A DNA stretch of 32,000 nt from Bacillus subtilis subsp. subtilis str. 168 (GTDB lineage: Bacteria > Bacillota > Bacilli > Bacillales > Bacillaceae), in assembly GCF_000009045.1 (NCBI RefSeq), contig NC_000964.3:2190001-2222000 (forward strand), given 5' to 3'. A model generated the notes under the pieces. The model was not told where the DNA came from, searched no databases, and saw only the letters and a list, made by a program, of their open reading frames with translations. Position numbers and translations under genes: made by a program. This document shows positions 16,682 through 23,535 of the stretch, one piece after another. The stretch's first letter is position 1. The number at the start of each line of letters is the position of its first letter.

Positions 16682-17758
16682 TTATCGCTCATTTACATGC
16701 TTTATAAACTTTTTTAATGTAACAAGATCAGCGTTTTCAAAAAAACTAATAAAATCCTCTTGGGTTGCTTCATATAGTGGATTTAAATCGATTTTTTCAT
16801 CCATTGTTACACCAGCAGAGTTCGCTATGTTAATCTTTCTGCTCATATATCTCTCTGTTGTTAATGTGTTTTTATGATTTCCTTGTTCTTTTGCTGCAAG
16901 TAAATCGTGACCAGAATTCTCATAGACATAGTCAATTCCTACACCCTTAAATGAGTGTAAGACTAATTCTCTTTCAGGAGGTATTCCTAACCTTTTTTTC
17001 GACCTTTTTAAGGAGTGTCGTAAAGATTGTTCCGAAAGCCCCTGAAAAACCAATTCAGTTTCGCTGTCATCCTCTTCCTTCAGCTGCAACAATTCCTCAT
17101 AAAATACCTGGTTAATGCCTGTAGACACAACCTGAGATCCTTTATCAATAACTGTTACTATATAATGGCCTGTACTTTCATCAAGCTGTATGTCTTTCCA
17201 TCTTACTCGCAAAATCGCACTTACACGAAAAGAAGTTCTGATGGCGAATTTAACAAACAGCTTTTTCATTAAAGGTTTCTGTCTTTCATTTATATACATA
17301 TCCTGAGCGATTCTTTCGGCTTCTGTCTGGGTTGTTTTATCCCAGTTTTTAGTTACTGTTTTAAGCCTTTCGACAGTATTAAACACCGACAAGTCAATAT
17401 AGTCCTTATAATCATGCTCCAAATATGTATAGAGCATCTTCAAGGAGGTCATTTTTCTGTTAATACTATTATTAACTAATCCCTTTTCCTGAAGATACTT
17501 CACATAGTTGCTTAATTCGCTTTTACTTACAACTAAATCATCGGGAACTAAACTTTTGACATCTTTACCTTTAATCACACTAAAGAACTGCTTAATATCC
17601 CCTTCATAATTCTTTCTGGTGTTCGACACCCTTCTAGTTGATGAAGGCATCATATAGTTAGAATTCCCTGAGCTACTTCTTATATCTTTATTGATTAAAA
17701 AGCCCTCGATATCATCGTAAACCGCATAATTTTTTAATTGTTTAATTTTATTTTGCAT
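16682..17758 (-). CDS. yopP: Tyrosine-recombinase (phage integrase family)-like protein, 358 aa
   Basis: Start reset to ATG 17758 (SD AAAGGAGGAG). Contains AIRTSFRVSAILRVRWKDI (Arg I), DKGSQ (Lys), HSFKG (HxxR with R to K) and GNHKNTLTTERY (His and Tyr). Confidence 0.85.
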   Translation of the reverse strand: MQNKIKQLKNYAVYDDIEGFLINKDIRSSSGNSNYMMPSSTRRVSNTRKNYEGDIKQFFSVIKGKDVKSLVPDDLVVSKSELSNYVKYLQEKGLVNNSINRKMTSLKMLYTYLEHDYKDYIDLSVFNTVERLKTVTKNWDKTTQTEAERIAQDMYINERQKPLMKKLFVKFAIRTSFRVSAILRVRWKDIQLDESTGHYIVTVIDKGSQVVSTGINQVFYEELLQLKEEDDSETELVFQGLSEQSLRHSLKRSKKRLGIPPERELVLHSFKGVGIDYVYENSGHDLLAAKEQGNHKNTLTTERYMSRKINIANSAGVTMDEKIDLNPLYEATQEDFISFFENADLVTLKKFIKHVNER

Positions 17759-17960
17759 TATCTTCTCCTCCTTTCTCATCTAATAACTCATCAATAGAGA
17801 CATTCAACACCAGAGCGATAAGCTTTATGGTTGTAACATCTGATTCATCTGGCATTTCAATGATTTTGTTTAATGTCTGCATATCAATCATTGTCTCCCT
17901 CGACAATTCCTCTATTGTGATGCCACGTTTGACCATTAGCTGTTTTATTCGCTCTGACAT
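17748..17960 (-). CDS. yopO: Small XRE-type HTH protein, 70 aa
   Basis: SD GGAGGT. The HTH is ITIEELSRETMIDMQTLNKI. The 3' end overlaps the yopP start by 11 nt. Confidence 0.8.
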   Translation of the reverse strand: MSERIKQLMVKRGITIEELSRETMIDMQTLNKIIEMPDESDVTTIKLIALVLNVSIDELLDEKGGEDNAK

Positions 17961-18007
17961 GTCAACCTCCTATTTTTATGTATACTATAGACTGCAGTGC
18001 GTATATG

Positions 18008-18328
18008 TTATGGTTGATAAATAAACTCTTCAAATTCAATTGCAATGTGTCGTTTTAAATTCTTCACAAAATGTATTAGGGATCTAAAATGCGGATTATT
18101 TTCAATGCTTCTTTTTAATCCATCTCCACCTAATAATACTCTATTTAGATCTTTTAATAATGCTGCTATCTCTATTTTTGCACCATGTAGATCATCTTCA
18201 GTTTTTGCATTAACAATCATTTTCCTAATGTTTAGTACACTCTCTATGTAAGTTTGTTTAGCATTTAATACAAAATCGGCATCAATATCTTTATGATTTG
18301 TAGACCTAAGTTCTACAACATGCATCAT
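18008..18328 (-). CDS. yopN: Hypothetical helical protein, 106 aa
   Basis: The ATG overlaps the yopM stop (TAATG). SD GGAGGA. Confidence 0.75.
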
Positions 18329-18528
18329 TAATCCTCCTTGTATTCGCTTAGCAATTTCATGTATCCTTTAGTTAGTTGTTTTCGAACATTTTCATTCTTC
18401 ATTATTTTTGACTTTTCAATGCTTTTTTCATGAAAAAACAAATCATTTTTAACTAAGCTTTCAACTTTCTTTTGGTAAATGGTTTTATGCATTGTCATAC
18501 TGTTTTTTAAGTAACTAATTGCGGACAT
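18328..18528 (-). CDS. yopM: Hypothetical helical protein, 66 aa
   Basis: SD TAGGAGGTTGG upstream of ATG 18528. Confidence 0.75.
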
Positions 18529-18544
18529 ACCACCAACCTCCTAT

Positions 18545-18565
18545 ATACATATTTTTTATCTTTTG
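18545..18565 (-). promoter_or_regulatory. Degenerate SPBRE-type repeat abutting the yopM SD
   Basis: ATACATATTTTTTATCTTTTG. The first 13 nt are identical to the consensus, and the right half-site is degenerate. Confidence 0.5.
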
Positions 18566-18705
18566 CATCTATAGCAATTGTAATGCATTACAAAAGGGAA
18601 GTAAAGATTTTTTTAACGACAAATAGCACATTCTACGCAATTTTTTTGCGAATGTGCTGCTTTGTAATGCATTTCATTTAATTAGGGTGTATGTATTTGA
18701 AGTTG
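18566..18705 (-). ncRNA. aimX: AimR-controlled leader / aimX-equivalent transcript region (boundaries approximate)
   Basis: This 140-nt stretch lies between the operator and yopM and has no SD-led ORF. It holds a long hairpin (18625-18658) flanked by TTGTAATGCA motifs. By analogy, arbitrium aimX lies directly downstream of the AimR site. Confidence 0.35.
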
Positions 18706-18742
18706 ATCACTAGATGTTATTAAAACCTAATATTTAAGTGAT
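18706..18742. promoter_or_regulatory. AimR operator: ATCACT-N25-AGTGAT
   Basis: Perfect 6-bp inverted repeats at 18706-18711 and 18737-18742, separated by 25 bp, just downstream of the aimP terminator. This matches the spaced site I recall for SPbeta AimR. Confidence 0.75.
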
Positions 18743-18756
18743 GGCCTTAAAACTAC

Positions 18757-18790
18757 AAAAGACGCTTAGCTCAAAAGAGCCAAACGTCTT
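18757..18790 (-). terminator. Intrinsic terminator after aimP
   Basis: On the minus RNA: GACGUUUGGCUC-UUUU-GAGCUAAGCGUC then UUUUGUAGUUUU. Two G-U pairs become C-A mismatches on the plus strand, so the hairpin is minus-strand specific. Confidence 0.75.
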
Positions 18791-18854
18791 CCTTTTCTCT
18801 GTTTAATTTAATTAAATAAATAATAATACTAATAACTTTATGTGTCAATGGATT

Positions 18855-18980
18855 TTATGCTCCACGTGGCATTCCAGCAACCTCATAATCACCTGAAGCT
18901 TGTTGGATTGAAGAATCTGCACTTATGTAAGAAGTGCCTAGTGCGCCCAAGATAACTAAAGCCATAATAAGTTTTTTCAT
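18855..18980 (-). CDS. aimP: Arbitrium pro-peptide, 41 aa (mature signal = C-terminal GMPRGA)
   Basis: Untracked ORF MKKLIMALVILGALGTSYISADSSIQQASGDYEVAGMPRGA. SD AAAGGAGGTGA. It has a Sec signal peptide and lies 13 nt downstream of aimR. Confidence 0.92.
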   Translation of the reverse strand: MKKLIMALVILGALGTSYISADSSIQQASGDYEVAGMPRGA

Positions 18981-18993
18981 TGTCTCACCTCCT

Positions 18994-20154
18994 TTAAAGT
19001 AAAAGTAATTCTAAAAGTTTTTGATTTTCACCCATCTTTTGCAGTTCTAACAGTGGCAGCCTAATAAGGAATTTGTCATTAGACTTTTTAAAATACTCGA
19101 TTGAAGAATAGAAACATGCTTTATTTTGTTCGAGTCTTCCTTTCAAATAATAATGCATTGCAAGCTCATTATCGTTGTGAACTAAAAGATCTAGTTTATC
19201 CAAAACTTCTTTTGCTTTGGAATTTTCATTAAAGTTGATAAAACAATGAGCTTGCTCCTGCAAATCCATAATTGAATCAGATTCAAAATTAATCCACTTA
19301 TTTTCTTTGCGCCATACATTATTTAAGAAGCACAAAGCCTGCTGGAAAATCATGTTGTAATTTTCATTTTGAACAGAAATGCTTAGCCCTTTTAAAAAGT
19401 TTTCTTGAGCCAATTCATAATTCGAAAATAATAGAGAGTTGCCAATAGTTAAGTAGCTGAAAACCTGAAATCTCAGGATATTTGTACTTTCCAATGCCTT
19501 TTTAGAGTACTCTCTGCACTCCTCTAATGAATTTTCATTTAACTTTATATTAGACATTAGAACATGAACTCTTGTTTGATATGTATTTCTAATGTACATG
19601 TTCTCAGAAATCTCACTTAGGTCAATTTGTTTTATAAGTTGGGCCATCGGAGAAAAGTTACCAGTGCTTAAATAATGATAAAGCAGCAAGAGTCTTGAGA
19701 AAGAATTCATTTCAGGTGTTTTTATATTTAATTTGCCGAGTCTTTTCACTGCCTCAAATTCAGTAATAACACTGTTAGACAGTTCTCTATGTATTTTATA
19801 CACTTTTCCATATTCTTTACTTTTCATATTGCTGCAAGAAATCATTGAATCTATTAAAACATCTTCTATTTCAAAAAACATATTTGCATCAGCATACTCC
19901 AATGCACTTCTTGCTGCCTTTGTCTTAACATCTAGGTTTAAACAGTAATCTTTCATTAATTCATATTCACGGTCTGGATACTGACTCTTAACAATGTTGA
20001 CTATTGAAGAAAATTCATTAAATGTTTTCCCATCATGGTTTAAGAAGTCATAAAGAGGATTGGGGTTTTTAAGGCCAGCTACTGTTGCCCATTTATTCAT
20101 TAAAGAGTTGTCATTTTCCAAGTCTTTCTTCATAGCTATCCTTATTAACTCCAT
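18994..20154 (-). CDS. aimR: Arbitrium receptor / transcription regulator (N-terminal HTH plus TPR-like peptide-binding domain), 386 aa
   Basis: Track ORF MELIRIAMKKDLEN... It is all-helical and repeat-rich, with RRNPP-like architecture, and is recognised as SPbeta AimR (yopK). SD GAGGGGA. Confidence 0.92.
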   Translation of the reverse strand: MELIRIAMKKDLENDNSLMNKWATVAGLKNPNPLYDFLNHDGKTFNEFSSIVNIVKSQYPDREYELMKDYCLNLDVKTKAARSALEYADANMFFEIEDVLIDSMISCSNMKSKEYGKVYKIHRELSNSVITEFEAVKRLGKLNIKTPEMNSFSRLLLLYHYLSTGNFSPMAQLIKQIDLSEISENMYIRNTYQTRVHVLMSNIKLNENSLEECREYSKKALESTNILRFQVFSYLTIGNSLLFSNYELAQENFLKGLSISVQNENYNMIFQQALCFLNNVWRKENKWINFESDSIMDLQEQAHCFINFNENSKAKEVLDKLDLLVHNDNELAMHYYLKGRLEQNKACFYSSIEYFKKSNDKFLIRLPLLELQKMGENQKLLELLLL

Positions 20155-20197
20155 TATTTCCCCTCATTTCTTTTTGTTGTCTTTATTGGTTAACTTA

Positions 20198-20226
20198 ATA
20201 ATACTATAGATCACATTACGAGTCAA
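20198..20226 (-). promoter_or_regulatory. SigmaA-type promoter of aimR-aimP
   Basis: On the minus strand: TTGACT, 17 nt, TATTAT. Confidence 0.65.
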
Positions 20227-20233
20227 TTATTTT

Positions 20234-20253
20234 ATACATATTTTTTGTATTTG
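20234..20253 (-). promoter_or_regulatory. SPBRE-type repeat copy, 7 nt upstream of the aimR -35 box
   Basis: ATACATATTTTTTGTATTTG, identical to the consensus. Confidence 0.75.
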
Positions 20254-20283
20254 TAATCTCTTTAAAATTCCAATTTTAACTAG

Positions 20284-20311
20284 ACACAATGAGGACTAAA
20301 CCTCATTGTGT
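20284..20311 (-). terminator. Hairpin after yopJ
   Basis: ACACAATGAGG-6 nt-CCTCATTGTGT forms an 11-bp stem. The U-tract is weak. Confidence 0.5.
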
Positions 20312-20330
20312 TCTTCTAAAGCAAAAGGTC

Positions 20331-20747
20331 CTACTTAAGGCTATAATACACCTCTTCCGCAATATCCTTTGCAAACCTAGCGAAAATTTCTCTATCAAAA
20401 CTTCTTAAGCATTTAGCTAAGGACAGGATATTCTGCACATGGTCAAGTGTATTAGTCAAATCTAATGCCGTTACCAAAGAAAGCAACATGTCTTTGTAGT
20501 TCATATCTCCGGCAACGCCTTTATAAACCACATGTTGCCGTTCATCGAAAACTGGGGCATTCTCAGATAGGTGTATATCAAATTTCGCAGCGATATCCTC
20601 CCGCTCTATAGATATCAACTCTTTAATTAACTCTACTAATTGCTGTTCACTCAAATTAGAATAACTTGCTCTCAATAAATTAAAGGAATCAACACCTATT
20701 TCACCATGGAGGTCTTCCCATCTAAAATATAAAAATGTGTTTTTCAT
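20331..20747 (-). CDS. yopJ: Hypothetical protein, 138 aa
   Basis: Track ORF with SD GGGGAG. It starts 1 nt after the yopI stop. Confidence 0.7.
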   Translation of the reverse strand: MKNTFLYFRWEDLHGEIGVDSFNLLRASYSNLSEQQLVELIKELISIEREDIAAKFDIHLSENAPVFDERQHVVYKGVAGDMNYKDMLLSLVTALDLTNTLDHVQNILSLAKCLRSFDREIFARFAKDIAEEVYYSLK

Positions 20748-20748
20748 T

Positions 20749-21282
20749 TTAAAACTCCCCTAAGAATACTTTGTACATTTTCCCGTTATGATCTTTTGCC
20801 TCAAGATAAACCCTATTGCATTTTTTCACTTGTTTAGTTTCCTTTTCGTTTAAAAATTTTATTATATTAATAGCGATGATTTGCTTAGAAGGCAAATTAA
20901 TATTAAATAACTTATCCCTGTAATAGCCAAACTCAGCAAACTCTTCAGTTGTTGCTTTATCATCAGGGGTAACAGAAACAATTAAATTTGTGTTTTTGTA
21001 AAAGCAAAATTTAATTTCCCGTAGAACCTTGGGGATCTCAGCGCCATTGTATATTTCAATCTGGGAGTGTATTTCTATTTGCTTTGCTTCATCTTTAGAT
21101 GGCATAACATTAGTTCCCCAACCATCATTATCGGTTTTAAAATATATTTCAAAGTCAACTATATAAAATTTAATTTGCCCAAAGTGCTTTAATATGTGAG
21201 TAAGAATTAAAGTGACTATAACTCCCAATAAAGCCCCAATGATACCTTCAAAATTAGAAATTATTTCTCCTATATTATTCAA
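20749..21282 (-). CDS. yopI: N-terminally membrane-anchored protein, 177 aa
   Basis: TTG start at 21282. The TM helix is IIGALLGVIVTLILTHIL. Confidence 0.65.
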   Translation of the reverse strand: MNNIGEIISNFEGIIGALLGVIVTLILTHILKHFGQIKFYIVDFEIYFKTDNDGWGTNVMPSKDEAKQIEIHSQIEIYNGAEIPKVLREIKFCFYKNTNLIVSVTPDDKATTEEFAEFGYYRDKLFNINLPSKQIIAINIIKFLNEKETKQVKKCNRVYLEAKDHNGKMYKVFLGEF

Positions 21283-21308
21283 ATTTGAATATTTCCTTTC
21301 TGTATGTC

Positions 21309-21845
21309 TTATAAGATGTGATCTATTGACTCATGTAATAAATGCTTGTTTTTTGTTAAATATCCCCTCGCCCAAGGCTGTATGTTGTATGCAAAATAAG
21401 AACCACGATTACTAATATTAGAACTTCTATAAATAATCTTTAAATGTTCTAATTCCTGAGCTGTCCCATCAGTTATACTTAATTCCACAGACCGAACATC
21501 GTCAAAGATGTAGGGGCTTAATATTTGTTTTTCCCTCCTATTAAGATTTCGGAGTCTTTCTTTTTGCAGTTTATAACTGTATTTTTGGTCAATTTTATTT
21601 TTTATCCCCAAACTTATCCACCAAATAAAGTGAGATAAAATGAAACTGGTTGATGCTAAGAAAACAAGCCCTAGGTAAAGTTTATAGCTATTTATAGCAT
21701 CTTTTATACCAAGTGTTTTTCCTAATCCAACATTCCCTAACCAAAGCCCAATTCCAGAAAAAACTGCTAGTCCCAATAAATATTTAGGGCTCAGCTTAAT
21801 AATGTCACCTACCCATGAAGGACTTTTTTCATTTTGGTCACTCAT
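21309..21845 (-). CDS. yopH: Membrane protein (2-3 TM) with a cytoplasmic C-terminal domain, 178 aa
   Basis: Track ORF trimmed to ATG 21845 (MSDQNEK...) after GAGGTGG. The architecture is reminiscent of SieB-type exclusion proteins, but this is weak. Confidence 0.65.
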
Positions 21846-21883
21846 ATAATCAACCACCTCATATTTATAGAATAGTGAAGATG

Positions 21884-22015
21884 TTATAGCCGCTTCCATT
21901 CAACATACTCGAACCGCTTCTGATACAAGTCTTCAAGTATAGCAGCCCATTCAATCCAACCTTCTGCAACAATGTTTTTCTTTTCTCCATTCTCAATCCA
22001 CTCTATCCAATACAC
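21884..22015 (-). CDS. Small Trp/Glu-rich ORF, 43 aa
   Basis: Untracked. GTG 22015 lies 5 nt after TTAGGAGTG. Sequence: [43 protein letters not shown]. Confidence 0.45.
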
Positions 22016-22025
22016 CTGAACACTC

Positions 22026-22241
22026 CTAACGCTTTACGACTTGAATTTCCCTTACCTCACATTGCACATTACACTTCGTTTTAAGCTCACTTGCTACCTC
22101 GATGACTTCTAACATATTATGTATTTTAGAAGCTTCATGGAGGTCGCTAGATGTCAAATAACCACTCTCATCTAATTTAAATGCTTTAAAGTATTCCTTG
22201 TTTTCAAACTGCAGTACATAAAAATAATCAATCAAAGGCAT
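22026..22241 (-). CDS. yopG: Hypothetical protein, 71 aa
   Basis: Track ORF with SD AGAGGT. Symbol by counting ORFs of 60 aa or more between yopH and yopC, so it is tentative. Confidence 0.6.
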   Translation of the reverse strand: MPLIDYFYVLQFENKEYFKAFKLDESGYLTSSDLHEASKIHNMLEVIEVASELKTKCNVQCEVREIQVVKR

Positions 22242-22244
22242 AAA

Positions 22245-22496
22245 TCAACCTCTTTTAAATAATTTTGTAATCCTCATTGCCAATGGCAGTAAACCAATTA
22301 ACATAAAAAAAGCAATCACATTAAGCTTATTTTTGAAAAACAGGCTGGCCAAATTCCTTTCCATGCCCGCTGCTGTTTCTTTATCCATGAGTTCTTTAAA
22401 CTCTTCATCATAGACCTGATCAACAAAAATAAACTTAATGCCAGTCAATAATCCAACTCCAAGCCAAATAATTAAAAAATAAGCTAATCCAATCAT
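22245..22496 (-). CDS. yopF: Small membrane protein (2 TM), 83 aa
   Basis: SD GGGAGGGA. The symbol is tentative, from gene order. Confidence 0.65.
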   Translation of the reverse strand: MIGLAYFLIIWLGVGLLTGIKFIFVDQVYDEEFKELMDKETAAGMERNLASLFFKNKLNVIAFFMLIGLLPLAMRITKLFKRG

Positions 22497-22566
22497 TTGT
22501 TCCCTCCCTATATCGAACGAAATTTGGTATTCTTGAGTATGTTGAATAAATTATGTAGGTGATCTT

Positions 22567-22746
22567 GTGGAAGAGAAATACGAAACAAACGGATATGACA
22601 CTTCAATCGTATATGATTACAAAGAATATCCTGATGTAAAATACGGCCGCTGCGACAATTGTGATTACACTTTGTTTAAAAGCTCTGTGAAGAGTGGAAT
22701 ATTTTTACGTGAATGCAGAAGGTGTGGCATGAAAAAGAGCATTTAG
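22567..22746 (+). CDS. Small zinc-ribbon protein, 59 aa
   Basis: Untracked. GTG 22567 follows AGGTGAT. Contains CDNC...CRRC and is followed by a good terminator. Confidence 0.5.
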   Translation: MEEKYETNGYDTSIVYDYKEYPDVKYGRCDNCDYTLFKSSVKSGIFLRECRRCGMKKSI

Positions 22747-22765
22747 TGTAATGCTCTTTTTGTTT
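22734..22765 (+). terminator. Intrinsic terminator
   Basis: AAAGAGCATT-tagtgt-AATGCTCTTT followed by TTGTTT. Confidence 0.7.
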
Positions 22766-22847
22766 AAAACACTTCTTTTATCTTGATTCTTTATGCTCTC
22801 GGATTAAGACGCGTAATCGTGTTAAGGTTAGCATAAGGAGTGATACC

Positions 22848-23078
22848 TTGCTAAAAGTTGCAAAAATTTCGGTTTCTTGCATTGTATTAGTCTTGTGCAT
22901 ATACTCATTGTTCAATCAAAATGAATTATTGTTGATTGTTGTGCAATTATTTGTTGCCGCCCTTTTATCATTAGTCGGAGTTGAAGCGATATTAAGCAAA
23001 CAAAAACTGTCCGAATATTTACTGTTTGGATCAGCAGCCTTCTTACTTGTTGTAAACGGTGTGAAATTCATAATTTAA
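22848..23078 (+). CDS. yopE: Small membrane protein (3 TM), 76 aa
   Basis: TTG start after AAGGAGTGA. It converges on yopD with a 4-nt gap. Confidence 0.65.
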   Translation: MLKVAKISVSCIVLVLCIYSLFNQNELLLIVVQLFVAALLSLVGVEAILSKQKLSEYLLFGSAAFLLVVNGVKFII

Positions 23079-23082
23079 TATG

Positions 23083-23478
23083 TTAATTTCGTAGGAATAT
23101 CGAATCCCAAAACCAATAAATAAACGCAGCTACAATACTCATAATGTAATACTCAAAGCTTCTGAACATGGTAAGAGCATTTGGCGGATAATCAACAAAC
23201 CAGAACAAAAACACAGCTGAAAAGGCCACTGCAATATAAATTAAAAAATTGATCAAACTGAATTTTCTGCGCCTTCTTCTTAGCCACACTTGCAAAGGGG
23301 CAGCAAACACCAAGTAAGTGATTAAAGCGTAAAATGCAATGATGGCAATTGTGACTAATGCTATTGCCATAAATCCAGAGTAAACAAACAGATACAGACC
23401 AAAAATTAGACCAAATGACAAACTTGAAAACGCCAGAGTATAAACATAACTGTTTAACGCTTTTTGATTGAGGCTCAA
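23083..23478 (-). CDS. yopD: Integral membrane protein (4 TM), 131 aa
   Basis: TTG start after GGAGGTG. Confidence 0.7.
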   Translation of the reverse strand: MSLNQKALNSYVYTLAFSSLSFGLIFGLYLFVYSGFMAIALVTIAIIAFYALITYLVFAAPLQVWLRRRRRKFSLINFLIYIAVAFSAVFLFWFVDYPPNALTMFRSFEYYIMSIVAAFIYWFWDSIFLRN

Positions 23479-23535
23479 ATCAGCACCTCCGCTTGTTTCA
23501 CATTTCCCTTTAAAATCGTAGTTTTTAGATTTCAG

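Noticed and set aside
16682-17758. Calling yopP the prophage integrase.
   Set aside because: It sits inside a regulatory operon with no attachment site nearby, and the HxxR Arg is replaced by Lys. I also recall that SPbeta integrates through a large serine recombinase encoded elsewhere. I treated it as a recombinase-fold regulator.
18566-18705. Small ORFs in the aimP-yopM leader as a possible AimX peptide, for example MKCITKQHIRKKIA, MHYKAAHSQKNCVECAICR and MCYLSLKKSLLPFCNALQLL.
   Set aside because: None has an SD at a usable distance, and all are 20 codons or shorter. I cannot tell a peptide from a non-coding RNA using sequence alone.
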